Source: a virus
Lineage: Duplodnaviria > Caudoviricetes
Length of the DNA stretch: 64,000 nt
IMG/VR virus record: IMGVR_UViG_3300015608_005401
Span: 10,686-74,685 of that record
Strand: one strand, 5' to 3'
Shown in pieces: positions 1-9,932 of this stretch (positions are counted from its first letter, which is position 1; each line of letters starts with the position of its first letter). The position numbers were made by a program, and so were the translations under genes. Under the pieces are notes generated by a model, which was not told the DNA's origin, ran no database searches, and saw nothing but the letters and a program-made list of their open reading frames with translations.

Positions 1-333
1 ACTGGTATAAGTTCTACAATGAAAGATATTGTTATAGAGAGTTGTAAGGACTATGGATTTGAAGTAAGTGAGATGTATTTTAATCCAGGGAGTTTAGTAA
101 TTAATATAAATTAATTTGGAAGAATAAAACTTTTGATATATATTTGTAGTATAATAATTAAAATGAATTTGAGTTAGAAAGACTCTATGAAAAGTTCAAA
201 GACTTAACACCAACTGTTATCTTCTATGAGCCTGATGTAGATGAAAGGACTTCTATTTGCCTTTATGGTACGCCAGAAATTAGAAAAAAGTTAAGAAGTT
301 TGCCACTTCTATTAAAAAACAAAACCAAAGAAA

Positions 334-1029
334 ATGAAACTATTTAATTTATTCAAAAAGAAAAAGGCCACACCAGTGGCTCCGGCTAAAAATCACTTTA
401 ATAGCGAGACTATGACTTATACCGTTAATAACAAAGAGTATGCTATTGCTGATAGTCAATTAGTTAAAGTCCAGGCAGTTGCTGATGATGTACATCTATA
501 TGGATGGTCACTTGAGGTTAGATGGAAAGATACAAAAGGAGAGTGGTATAATTGGATGACTTATTGGAATCATCGAATATATGTTAGTAGAAGTGCCACT
601 TTGGATGCTGCTACTAAAATATACCCAAGTTACCATAATGGATATGAATGGAGAATTGTACCTATTTATAAAATGACTGAACCAGAATATAGAGATTATA
701 AAATTGATCAGTTATTGCGACCAAATACAGTAAAAAGAGAACCAAAAGTATATGAAATCAAAGCCTGGAAAGTAAAAGAAGATTGTGAAATTTTTTACGA
801 AAGAACAAATAAAACATTCAAATACAAAAAAGGAACTTTGTTTATTCAAATGGAAGATGGTAATATTAGACTAATTAAAGATCAAACAACACCATTAGAT
901 TATAATAGCAGACATCAATTATTTAATGATCTAATTGAAAATAAACAGGTTGAAGAAGTAAATATTCAAAATGAAAAGTGGGCTCACCCACACTTATGTA
1001 AAGAATTAAAAACAAAAATTAAAAAATAA
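334..1029 (+). CDS. hypothetical phage protein
   Basis: 231-aa ORF; internal YRDYKIDQLL copy of the recurring RxxK[IL]xx[IL]L motif. Confidence 0.7.
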   Translation: MKLFNLFKKKKATPVAPAKNHFNSETMTYTVNNKEYAIADSQLVKVQAVADDVHLYGWSLEVRWKDTKGEWYNWMTYWNHRIYVSRSATLDAATKIYPSYHNGYEWRIVPIYKMTEPEYRDYKIDQLLRPNTVKREPKVYEIKAWKVKEDCEIFYERTNKTFKYKKGTLFIQMEDGNIRLIKDQTTPLDYNSRHQLFNDLIENKQVEEVNIQNEKWAHPHLCKELKTKIKK

Positions 1030-1057
1030 AACTATGTTGTAGATTACAAAACAAGAG

Positions 1058-2635
1058 TTAATTCAGAAAATGTCTGAATGCGAATCTTGTTGTATAAAGT
1101 GGAGATTGACCCCATTGATCTTTTGGTGTTTTTGCTACAAACAATAAAGTAAATACTGTTTCACCATCGATAAATAAATTTTGACCATTTGTTCTGTCAA
1201 AACCACCCCATTCAACAATAGAGTCCATTGGATTAACAAAACTCATCCAATTCATAGCTTTTTCGCTATTAATAACTTGTTTGAATTCTAATAATTGACT
1301 GTCAAATTTAAGACCCAATTGAAGAGCTCCTATTTTTTGATTACCTGTGAATACCTTAACTGGTAATTTAACTAAGTTACCTTCATCTACTGTAAGACTT
1401 GGAACATTAATTTCAACTGTAGGTGCGACAAAATCATATTCAACAGATTCATCAATTAAATGATTAGGTGCATTTGTTGGATTAATAATTTCAATTGGTG
1501 TTAAACGAGCCATGTGATAACCGGTGTTGTTAGCATCACCTGGTACTAATACATAGAAATTAACTGAGTCAGGCTGACCAGGTAAAATGCTATGATAGAA
1601 GTTTGTTACACCAGATATTGAGCTTGTCATATTTGTTGTAGGAGAGCCTGTAATTGAATTATATTCAGATTGTGTAAAGAATTTTACATCTTTAACTGAG
1701 TTAGGCCAGACTGAAAAACGACCAGCTATTCTACCAAAGACGCCATAAGCATCTGAAATAGTTATGTTATTATCACCATTGACATCAGCTGTGTAAAAAT
1801 CCCAAGATGATGGTGTAATAGAACCAAGTACCCATTGATTTACTTTTTGAGCATCAGCGGTTGATATTACGTTACCAACACCCATTGTGTCACCTTTTAT
1901 AGCCAATCTTACATCAAAATAAGTTGTGTCTAATATCTCATTAAACGCAAAGTGACCAGCAGTGTCAGTTGAGTAAGTATTTACTTGTGACCGAACTGAA
2001 CCTGTCTTAGGCTTCTTTTCTAATGCCAAAGTTAAGTTTTTAGCACCTGACCCTGTTACATTTTTAAATGTGCCGTGATAAGCAAGATGTGGTAAATAAA
2101 ATATACCACCATAGCTGTGTAAAGAAAGAGCGATATCATTACCTGGTTGCTCAGCCGCAACTTGAGAGTATGAATAAGCACCCGACCAAGATAAAGGTGA
2201 TATAGATGTTAATGTTTGGAATGTTGTTGCAGTAACGTGTGTGAATGTTATCTCAAACGTCTCGCCATTAGCAAGTGAGTAGGTATTACTTGAACCCGTA
2301 TAAACTAAAGTAATAGTAACATAACCATTTGCGTTATTATCTACTGATTGTAGATAAAGGTTTGTTGATGATCCAACTAGAGCAACAGAGGCAGAAGCAA
2401 AAGCATTCTTGTCATAGAACACTCTAAATTGAACACCCGTAATTTTACTAGTAGTAGTGTTTTGAAGAGTCAGTTTTGCTTTAGTTACACCTAAAGTATT
2501 TGTACCGACTGTGTAATTGGTATCAATGATTGCCCAGATACCAGAAGCAGGAGCTGGAGGACCGGTCTGTGAGAAGGCCGGTAAAGCCAGAGTTAAAAAT
2601 AGCATTAAGCTACCTAACATTTTAAGTAATTTCAT
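1058..2635 (-). CDS. secreted cohesin/dockerin-like domain protein, apparently C-terminally truncated
   Basis: Signal peptide; beta-sandwich segments (GVQFRVFYD, IGALQLGLKFD); EF-hand dockerin-like ADVNGDNNITISDAY; the tail after PLYTTR (FAFRHFLN) looks out of context. Confidence 0.6.
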   Translation of the reverse strand: MKLLKMLGSLMLFLTLALPAFSQTGPPAPASGIWAIIDTNYTVGTNTLGVTKAKLTLQNTTTSKITGVQFRVFYDKNAFASASVALVGSSTNLYLQSVDNNANGYVTITLVYTGSSNTYSLANGETFEITFTHVTATTFQTLTSISPLSWSGAYSYSQVAAEQPGNDIALSLHSYGGIFYLPHLAYHGTFKNVTGSGAKNLTLALEKKPKTGSVRSQVNTYSTDTAGHFAFNEILDTTYFDVRLAIKGDTMGVGNVISTADAQKVNQWVLGSITPSSWDFYTADVNGDNNITISDAYGVFGRIAGRFSVWPNSVKDVKFFTQSEYNSITGSPTTNMTSSISGVTNFYHSILPGQPDSVNFYVLVPGDANNTGYHMARLTPIEIINPTNAPNHLIDESVEYDFVAPTVEINVPSLTVDEGNLVKLPVKVFTGNQKIGALQLGLKFDSQLLEFKQVINSEKAMNWMSFVNPMDSIVEWGGFDRTNGQNLFIDGETVFTLLFVAKTPKDQWGQSPLYTTRFAFRHFLN

Positions 2636-2735
2636 AGTGGTTAAATCTTAATTTTGATTTATATATTAACTTTAAAAGTTAAAAATCTGTCAAGTAAAGA
2701 AAAAAATCCTTTATATCTCTTTATTTACAAGGATT

Positions 2736-3635
2736 TTAAGATTCTTTATTTTTCTTTTTCTTGTTGTAAAACCAAACAATTAATGGTATGATTATCGTAG
2801 TCATTATCCATTGCCAATATTGGTTAATAAATCCTTTAATAGTAAATATAGCATTAGACTTAACACTTATAATCTCATCATAAACTGGAATATCTTTTTT
2901 AATAGTTCCTTCTTCGGATTTTACTATAACACTAACCATTATTTTTAAAAATATATCACCTCCTTTTATAGGTGTTAGTCTCCACTCCCATTCTGTAAAT
3001 CCTTCTTTCTCAATATCTTGAATTGGAGTAGATGTTGGTTGTATTAACATCTTTGAACTGTCCGAGATAAGTCTAGCACTCATCACTGGTTCAACTCTTA
3101 TAGATGCTATAGTTATTTTAGAGTCAATATTTTCATCGGCTATTGAAACACCGTTACCATTTATTAATTGTATTTTATTATTTTCCTTAGATATTCTTAG
3201 CTTAATAGTGTATGTTTTACCAACTTGCATTTTTTCTGGAACAGAATGAGCGACTAAACCTATATTTGGATTGTCATTTACTACTGAAGTTTTATCAATA
3301 ACTTTAATAACTCTTTTAGGCTTGATTGGTTCCTCTTTTACTATTTCAATGCCACCTTCACTCGATGGTTTTCTATCTGTATTATCAAATTTTTCAAGAG
3401 CCAACACTTCAGGACATCCATTATTATTAACTGATCCCGGTACATTAGGACATTCATCATCTTTATCAATAACACCATCATCATCACTATCAGAATCAAT
3501 TGACATAGTATCTATCTTAATGTTTTCTAATTTAACAATAGAATCATTTTTAATGCCTTTATTCTCTACAACATTTTTAGTTGTACCGCAAGAAAAAATA
3601 ACAAATGATATAAGTATGTAAATAATAAACCTCAT
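2736..3635 (-). CDS. lipoprotein with thrombospondin type-3-like Ca-binding repeat and C-terminal TM helix
   Basis: Lipobox IFSC; DSDSDDDGVIDKDDECPNVPG..NNGCP as in Bacteroidota OmpA-type proteins; WQWIMTTIIIPLIVW helix. Confidence 0.6.
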   Translation of the reverse strand: MRFIIYILISFVIFSCGTTKNVVENKGIKNDSIVKLENIKIDTMSIDSDSDDDGVIDKDDECPNVPGSVNNNGCPEVLALEKFDNTDRKPSSEGGIEIVKEEPIKPKRVIKVIDKTSVVNDNPNIGLVAHSVPEKMQVGKTYTIKLRISKENNKIQLINGNGVSIADENIDSKITIASIRVEPVMSARLISDSSKMLIQPTSTPIQDIEKEGFTEWEWRLTPIKGGDIFLKIMVSVIVKSEEGTIKKDIPVYDEIISVKSNAIFTIKGFINQYWQWIMTTIIIPLIVWFYNKKKKNKES

Positions 3636-3713
3636 AAATTAGTTCCATTGTTTTTGATAATATTTTAAACTTATTGTATATATTAAAGTAAAAACCTCAT
3701 AAATTAATTTATT

Positions 3714-4121
3714 ATGAATATAGCAGTAATTGCACACGATAACAAAAAGGCAGATATGGTTGCCTTTATTATGAAAAGAATGGACTTCTTTAAACAAAAA
3801 GGAGTTGTGATATATGCGACTGGAACTACAGGTAAGCATATTGAAAATGCTGGTCTTGATGTGGAATGCCTACTTTCAGGTCCGATGGGAGGTGATGCAC
3901 AAATTGCCGCTAAATTAGTAGTTGGTGAAATTGATGCTGTTCTCTTTTTTATAGATCCACTTTACTCACATCCACATGAAGTTGATGTTCAAATGTTAAT
4001 GAGATTGTGTAATGTACATGATATACCATTAGCTACAAATTATTCTTCAGCAAAATGTGTTGTTAGTTATTTAAAGAGACACGGTGATACAAAAGTATCT
4101 GAGTTTAATCAATCTCACTAA
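3714..4121 (+). CDS. mgsA: methylglyoxal synthase
   Basis: IAVIAHDNKK, ATGTTG, SGPMGGDAQI, DPLYSHPHEVDV, LATN motifs. Confidence 0.92.
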   Translation: MNIAVIAHDNKKADMVAFIMKRMDFFKQKGVVIYATGTTGKHIENAGLDVECLLSGPMGGDAQIAAKLVVGEIDAVLFFIDPLYSHPHEVDVQMLMRLCNVHDIPLATNYSSAKCVVSYLKRHGDTKVSEFNQSH

Positions 4122-5025
4122 GCCTTTTTATTATAGTATCTTTATTCATTCTGATATATCTCAGAACATCTGGTCTGATTTTATAACCCATATCACCAAA
4201 AACAGAAGGAGCCCAATTTTCAGAATTAGCTTCTTTATACTCACTTTTTAGTTCTTCTAATGTAACCTTTGGTATTCTAATTACACTTTTAATATACTTA
4301 CTTAGTGATATGTATCTTGAGCTTAAAGCAAGTGAATAGATATCGTTATAGCCACCCTTTGGTGCAACAACATAACCAGCATTTATTATCTTAAACATCT
4401 CAGATTTATCTAAAACATTGACAGCTATATTTGTCGGATTATTTATATCATCTGGATAAGCAAGAATCCATCCATCTATTTCTGGTGTTATTGCATTCCA
4501 TATTTTTCTTTTTAGACTATTGTTATCAGACTTAAAGACTCTAGTTAATCCACCCGCCTCTATAACTTCTTCATTTAGTCTAGGTCTTCCGGTTATAATA
4601 CTTTTAAATCTTCCAATTTCTGGGGCTTTATTTTTATGATCAACAAACTTGACACTATATCTTTTACCATCTATTGTTAAGTCATATTTAGAACCTCTTG
4701 TAGATAAAACACCTCCAAATAATCCAGCAATTAAACCCTCAAAGTTATGACCTCTGACATCCTTATCTTCTAATAAAGAATCAAAATAGTCACTAAATCT
4801 TATTTGATCATGTGGTTTATAAAAATTTAACTTCACATCCTGACCTAAATCAAAAAACTTTCTTTCGTTAGATGATAAAATGATTTTACTAATTACATAT
4901 GCTGCTTTGTCTTTAGGGACTGGTATAGAACCATAAAGGTGAAGTAATTTACCCATCAAACTATTATATTCCTCTGATTGGTCATGAACCGATTCAAAAA
5001 TTTTGTATGATTTTATAAACTTCAT
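4105..5025 (-). CDS. PD-(D/E)xK-like nuclease candidate with capsid-targeting-like N-terminus
   Basis: N-term MKFIKSYKIFES; GHNFEGLIAG...KYDL...YSVK arrangement resembles a restriction-endonuclease-like fold. Confidence 0.45.
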   Translation of the reverse strand: MKFIKSYKIFESVHDQSEEYNSLMGKLLHLYGSIPVPKDKAAYVISKIILSSNERKFFDLGQDVKLNFYKPHDQIRFSDYFDSLLEDKDVRGHNFEGLIAGLFGGVLSTRGSKYDLTIDGKRYSVKFVDHKNKAPEIGRFKSIITGRPRLNEEVIEAGGLTRVFKSDNNSLKRKIWNAITPEIDGWILAYPDDINNPTNIAVNVLDKSEMFKIINAGYVVAPKGGYNDIYSLALSSRYISLSKYIKSVIRIPKVTLEELKSEYKEANSENWAPSVFGDMGYKIRPDVLRYIRMNKDTIIKRLSEID

Positions 5026-5057
5026 AAACTATATATAAAATTTTAATTATAAAATAT

Positions 5058-5140
5058 ATGAGAACAACCCCCGAAAATATTTCTAAATTAGAACAAGGTT
5101 ATATATTTGTTTTTGGATCCAACCTATCCGGCAGACATGT
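5058..5140 (+). pseudogene. 5' fragment of a phage protein (MRTTPENISKLEQGYIFVFGSNLSGRH)
   Basis: ATG after an A/T-rich leader; IFVFGSN motif; runs head-on into the truncated glycosyltransferase. Confidence 0.5.
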
Positions 5141-5861
5141 TTCTAGATGTGTAAAAATCATCAGAAAAAATTAATTTTTCATCTGACTCTTCATTCCAAA
5201 TAAATGAACAACCACCATCAAATCTATGATTTTGATACTTTATTTTTTCTTTTGTTCTAGGATCATTTTCTAACCAAGAATAGTGTTTTATCCATGCTAT
5301 ATTTCTAGGTATGCTATAATTTGGTTTATAATCAAATGCTTCCCCATTATTGTATATAATATGGTTATCAAAATAAAAATGGCTAATACCACTATATCTA
5401 TCCGTTCTGAATATTCTAGGAGGACAGTATCCATCAGTCCATAGATTTTTAGTAATTGTATAGTTTTTGAAATTGATAGAATACCAATCATATTGAGGTG
5501 TCTCTGATATTACTTTTAATATATTTCTTATATCATCCTCTTTGTAAAACTCATCAGAGTCTAAAATCCAAATTAAATCACAGTCATTTTTCATTGTATT
5601 CAATACCGTGTTTCTACTAGTATCCTCATCCAATAAAATTTTAGAGCCTGTCGCGACTAGGAAATCCAAGTCTTTTTTGACCAACTTAGATAGTGTTTTT
5701 TTATTATTAGGTTTAAAACCTAAGTTTAAGTAATCCTTAAACATTCCACTATTACAACCAATGAATATATCAAGCTCATTTTTTAGATTTAACCAAGGTT
5801 CTAAACACTCATCTATGTAGCTTTCTGAATTATAAGCGGTTAGTAAAACTCCAATTTTCAT
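5124..5861 (-). CDS. glycosyltransferase family 2-like (3' end probably truncated)
   Basis: LLTAYNSESYIDECL, WILDSDEF (DxD), IKHYSW. Confidence 0.75.
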   Translation of the reverse strand: MKIGVLLTAYNSESYIDECLEPWLNLKNELDIFIGCNSGMFKDYLNLGFKPNNKKTLSKLVKKDLDFLVATGSKILLDEDTSRNTVLNTMKNDCDLIWILDSDEFYKEDDIRNILKVISETPQYDWYSINFKNYTITKNLWTDGYCPPRIFRTDRYSGISHFYFDNHIIYNNGEAFDYKPNYSIPRNIAWIKHYSWLENDPRTKEKIKYQNHRFDGGCSFIWNEESDEKLIFSDDFYTSRNMSAG

Positions 5862-5869
5862 AAATTAAT

Positions 5870-7765
5870 TTAAATGTTATAATTTTTTTCTATCATTTGC
5901 ATAACAGTTTCAGGTGTTATTGCCTTTGTGCAAATAAACCTTCTCATATCATCATTTCTATAAACAGGACACCAAAGCCAATCACCTGCGTTAAATGGAT
6001 AAGTATCAGGTTTATTGAAACAACCGTGACAAACAGTTTCGTCTGATATTCTTATTGTATTTTCGTTTATGTACTCGTGATCTTTAGATGTTGCATTCGA
6101 AATGATTACAGTTGGTTTTCCTACTGCTTGAGCCAACCAAGTTAAACCACTACTTAACCCTATAAAGAACTCACAATGATATAAATAGTTAATAGTGTCT
6201 TCTAATGACATACCTGTTTTTTTAACAGATTTACTTGGTGCCTCATTGAAGTTACCTTTTATACCAAAGGATGAATCTCTATCTATACAAACCGGAGTTA
6301 ATCCTTTTTTTCTCAACATTCTACAAATCTCATCCCAGCCACCTGGGTAGTTCCAGTATTTACACTGTGCTGTACTTTGAACAGCTATACAAACATATTT
6401 ACTTTGTATTGGTCTTTCTTTTATAACTAAATCAACTTTTGGCTCAACACCACTAGCATCCATATTGAAATCTTTTGCAAAACCTTCAAGTAGTGGCATA
6501 TCAAATTTATATTCAGTCAATATTCTCTCGTCAAATATTTTACCATTCAATAACCAAGCATTCTTCTCTGCTATATACCTATAATCGTTTGTTGAGTCTA
6601 TGAAATTTATTTCAGGGTATGACTTTCTAAATAGGTTTGAGAACTTACATATAACTGATACATTTCTACCAGATGTTTTTCTGTACTTATCAATAACTGC
6701 AACCGAACCAATAGTATCACCAAGTGCTTTACTACCAACCTCCACAAGTACATCATTACTAACCTCAACATCATTAACAACGGATTCTACAGTAGTCTCA
6801 GTCTTCGATTTTTCTGTAAATAAGTTTTTAACAGATTCAAAAACCTTATTAAATGACGGATTACATTCAAAACTTGGTTTTTTCTCTAAGCAACCCCCAA
6901 TAAGTGTAACCGATTGTATGTGACCCCAATCTCTTAATGAATAACTTAAATCAGATGCACAATGTAAATTACATGTCCCACCAACATATTCATACTTATA
7001 GCTTTGAGAGCCTTTTCTATAAGGTGCTCTGTACTCAGGTTTTATAGAGCTACCAAGTTGAATAATGTGAGTATCTGTTGTTCCTGCTAAATGCAACACA
7101 CCAGAGTCCATCGTTACTACACACTTTGCATTATTCAATATGTGCCAAGTCTGGTCTAATGTTGTTTTATTAGATAAGTCTATTCCATTCCTAATATCTA
7201 ACTTGAAAACTGGTTTAGTCATTGTTCCATTAACTGAATGCTCTATTGAATCTTTTCCAATGGAGACTACAGGAACATTTATCTCTTCAAGTAGAATACA
7301 AAGTGTTTGCCAGTTATATTTACTCCAAGTTCTAGATGACCATGATTGAGCAGGGTGTATAACTACATATTCTTTTGGTAAATTAAGACCAGATAGACAA
7401 CTTTCATTTTCTTTTGGAAAATAGTCACAAGACATCTCAGATGGAGTTAGCATAAAACCCAAATCCTTAGCATGAAATTGTCTTATGTCGCAAATTGCAT
7501 GTTTGAATTCAATGCCTCTTGAATCTTGCTTCCCTAACAAGAAAAAAGATTTATGTAGATCATAGATTTGTGATAGTTCTTCTTCGGAATACTTATCAAA
7601 TGCGATACTCTCACTAACATATGGTAGATTATCAAATAGATAAGGATGTGTTGATATTACGGTAATTTGTGATTTATAAATTTCAGCAAGTTTTTTAATT
7701 GTCGGAGTGGCTGATATAAGGTCTCCAATTGCTGAGGCGGATGAATAAAAAGCTTGTTTCTTCAT
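5870..7765 (-). CDS. GT9-type glycosyltransferase fused to a TibC/Aah-like (BAHT) heptosyltransferase domain
   Basis: AIGDLISATP, VVIHPAQSWSSRTW, MDSGVLHLAGTT; C-terminal QSTAQCKYWNYPGGW, FIGLSSGLTWLA, Cys-rich CHGCF..WLWCP..FICTKAI. Confidence 0.75.
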   Translation of the reverse strand: MKKQAFYSSASAIGDLISATPTIKKLAEIYKSQITVISTHPYLFDNLPYVSESIAFDKYSEEELSQIYDLHKSFFLLGKQDSRGIEFKHAICDIRQFHAKDLGFMLTPSEMSCDYFPKENESCLSGLNLPKEYVVIHPAQSWSSRTWSKYNWQTLCILLEEINVPVVSIGKDSIEHSVNGTMTKPVFKLDIRNGIDLSNKTTLDQTWHILNNAKCVVTMDSGVLHLAGTTDTHIIQLGSSIKPEYRAPYRKGSQSYKYEYVGGTCNLHCASDLSYSLRDWGHIQSVTLIGGCLEKKPSFECNPSFNKVFESVKNLFTEKSKTETTVESVVNDVEVSNDVLVEVGSKALGDTIGSVAVIDKYRKTSGRNVSVICKFSNLFRKSYPEINFIDSTNDYRYIAEKNAWLLNGKIFDERILTEYKFDMPLLEGFAKDFNMDASGVEPKVDLVIKERPIQSKYVCIAVQSTAQCKYWNYPGGWDEICRMLRKKGLTPVCIDRDSSFGIKGNFNEAPSKSVKKTGMSLEDTINYLYHCEFFIGLSSGLTWLAQAVGKPTVIISNATSKDHEYINENTIRISDETVCHGCFNKPDTYPFNAGDWLWCPVYRNDDMRRFICTKAITPETVMQMIEKNYNI

Positions 7766-7811
7766 TAAAAATTTTATAATTTATATCTTATATGTAATTA
7801 GTGAGTAAATG

Positions 7812-8573
7812 TTAGTGAATAATTTGAAAATTATCTCTATCGTTTAGAAATGGTAACTGCTTTCTTATTTTAAGAAGTTCATTTTTATCCAACGTTGTAG
7901 TAAAAACATCCTCACTATGAGACCTAATATAGAGTGTCTCACCTAATGCATTAATTAAAGATGTTTCACCACTATAGAAATTTCCGTTGTTATCAAATCC
8001 AATCCTATTAACTCCAATAACATAAGATTGATTCTCTACAGCTCTTGCTACTAATAAAATTTTCCAAGCTTGTTTTCTTTTAACGGGCCAGTTTGCAACG
8101 TATATTAAGATGTCATAATCTTCAATATTTCTTGACCAAACCGGAAATCTTAAATCGTAGCATACCATTGGACATATTCTCCAACCTTTATATTCAATTA
8201 TTAATTTTGAATTACCAGGTGTATAGTTCTCATTCTCACCAGCAAATGAAAAAAGGTGTTTTTTATCATAGTAATATAGGCTACCACTCGGCTCAACCCA
8301 TATAAATCTATTATAATAATTATTATTTTCTTTTATTACTAAAGAACCACAAATTGCTGAATTAATCTTCGATGAGTTTTTTTTCATCCAATTTACAGTA
8401 TATCCATCCATTTCTTCTGCCACTTTTTTAGGATCCATTGTGAATCCAGTTGAAAACATTTCAGGTAGAATAATAATATCAGATTTGATATCTTTTATTT
8501 TATTCTGATAGATTCTTAAATTTTCAGATATATTTTCCCAAACTATATCAGATTGAATTGTTGTAATGATCAT
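7812..8573 (-). CDS. nitrilase-family amidohydrolase (YafV/omega-amidase-like)
   Basis: LPEMFSTGF, YDKKHLF, CYDLRFPVW catalytic E-K-C triad, ARAVENQ. Confidence 0.9.
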   Translation of the reverse strand: MIITTIQSDIVWENISENLRIYQNKIKDIKSDIIILPEMFSTGFTMDPKKVAEEMDGYTVNWMKKNSSKINSAICGSLVIKENNNYYNRFIWVEPSGSLYYYDKKHLFSFAGENENYTPGNSKLIIEYKGWRICPMVCYDLRFPVWSRNIEDYDILIYVANWPVKRKQAWKILLVARAVENQSYVIGVNRIGFDNNGNFYSGETSLINALGETLYIRSHSEDVFTTTLDKNELLKIRKQLPFLNDRDNFQIIH

Positions 8574-8953
8574 TTATATTCTTTGTAGTCTTTTTGCTCT
8601 TTGATTTCAGAATTAGTTAGAGTGTTTATTTTATCTTTCAATCTGAATCTTTCATCATTTGTATAATAGACAGCTCTTGCTAGCTCTATAAAGTGACTAC
8701 CAAAATCTTTTGTATTTTCTATTACTCTTAATTCATCTTCTATATTCCAAAGTTTAAGATTTACATCTATTAACTCTTTGAATGTTAATAATATATCAGC
8801 ATCTTGAAAATACTCAATACACATATCATATAAAAGATCGTACTCTTTTTCTATGAATTTTAATTTATCAGGATTTTTAACTTTACCTTTTTTAACTTGA
8901 AGTATTGATAACTTATCAATAAGTTCTCCTACACTAACTGGAACTGTGACCAT
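8570..8953 (-). CDS. conserved hypothetical protein (DUF6165-like)
   Basis: VPVSVGELIDKLSIL...LWNIEDELR...LARAVYYTNDER. Confidence 0.65.
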   Translation of the reverse strand: MVTVPVSVGELIDKLSILQVKKGKVKNPDKLKFIEKEYDLLYDMCIEYFQDADILLTFKELIDVNLKLWNIEDELRVIENTKDFGSHFIELARAVYYTNDERFRLKDKINTLTNSEIKEQKDYKEYK

Positions 8954-8995
8954 TATAGATTTTTTTATTATTATATCTATAATATGTGAAAATGT

Positions 8996-9319
8996 TTATA
9001 TCGCAAATGACTCACCACACCCACAAGTTCTGGATGCATTTGGATTATTAAATGTAAATCCTTTACCATTTAGACCACCTGAGTAGTCAAGTTCGGTACC
9101 AAATAAATAAAGAAAGCTTTTTTTATCACAAACAATCTTAACGCCCTTATCTTCAAATTCTTGGTCACCTTCACTTATTTTATTATCAAATGACAAATCA
9201 TAGGAAAGACCTGAACATCCACCACCTTTGACACCTACTCTGATAAATGAGTTAGATAGACCTTCTTCTTGCATTAATTTTACGGCTTGATTCTTAGCCG
9301 CCTCAGTAACTGTTATCAT
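8996..9319 (-). CDS. iscA: HesB/IscA Fe-S cluster assembly accessory protein
   Basis: GGGCSGLSY and C-terminal CGCGESF. Confidence 0.9.
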   Translation of the reverse strand: MITVTEAAKNQAVKLMQEEGLSNSFIRVGVKGGGCSGLSYDLSFDNKISEGDQEFEDKGVKIVCDKKSFLYLFGTELDYSGGLNGKGFTFNNPNASRTCGCGESFAI

Positions 9320-9386
9320 AATATGTTATAATAAAAAAACCTCAAAAAGATTTTGAGGTTTTATATTTTTAGTAATATTTTTAATA

Positions 9387-9704
9387 TTAAAGCGGAGCAC
9401 CACCACCAACTCTATAATGTGGTCCTTTAGATGCTTCTTTTTCCATCTCAGATGCTACTTCATTTGCAATTACCTTAGGATCGGCATCAGGATTTTCTTG
9501 AACTTTTTGAGCAATTCTCTTATTAAGCTCATCTTTTTGTTCTTTTCTGTGTTTTCTATAAGCCGCTATAAATGGAAAGTTTAATGCCAAAGCACCAAGC
9601 ACACCTGCTACAGCTTCCCAGTTAGCTACTAGCTCACCAGTACCGTCAAATCTACTTGATTGTAACCAATTTACAAACCCGTTATAGATATCTGTTAAAG
9701 CCAT
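9387..9704 (-). CDS. hypothetical membrane protein
   Basis: 105-aa ORF with one hydrophobic helix. Confidence 0.6.
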   Translation of the reverse strand: MALTDIYNGFVNWLQSSRFDGTGELVANWEAVAGVLGALALNFPFIAAYRKHRKEQKDELNKRIAQKVQENPDADPKVIANEVASEMEKEASKGPHYRVGGGAPL

Positions 9705-9932
9705 GGATATGATAATGATTCTATATGGTACTATAATTCGAATGGTTCCAAATTAACATTATTGTCACCATATAATGTATATAAGATAAAGTGATGTGGA
9801 TATTATATTACATAATTATAAATATAACCATTGCTATTATTTTATTTTTAGGATTGAGGTTTTGTGACTTTATTCTAAGAAAATACCCTAAAAGTAAATT
9901 TTCTGAATTTTGTAGAAAAAATATAATTTCTG

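Noticed and set aside
1035-1085. TAG read-through / genetic code 15 (ATG TTG TAG ATT ACA...)
   Set aside because: Long genes are open in code 11 with high coding density, and at least one gene ends plausibly at TAG; a single case near a junction is not evidence
3271-3621. Antisense ORFs inside long genes (for example 3271, 6600, 21299, 22147, 26220, 28371, 32941, 37025, 44416)
   Set aside because: Fully overlapped by better-supported opposite-strand genes; composition typical of reverse-complement frames
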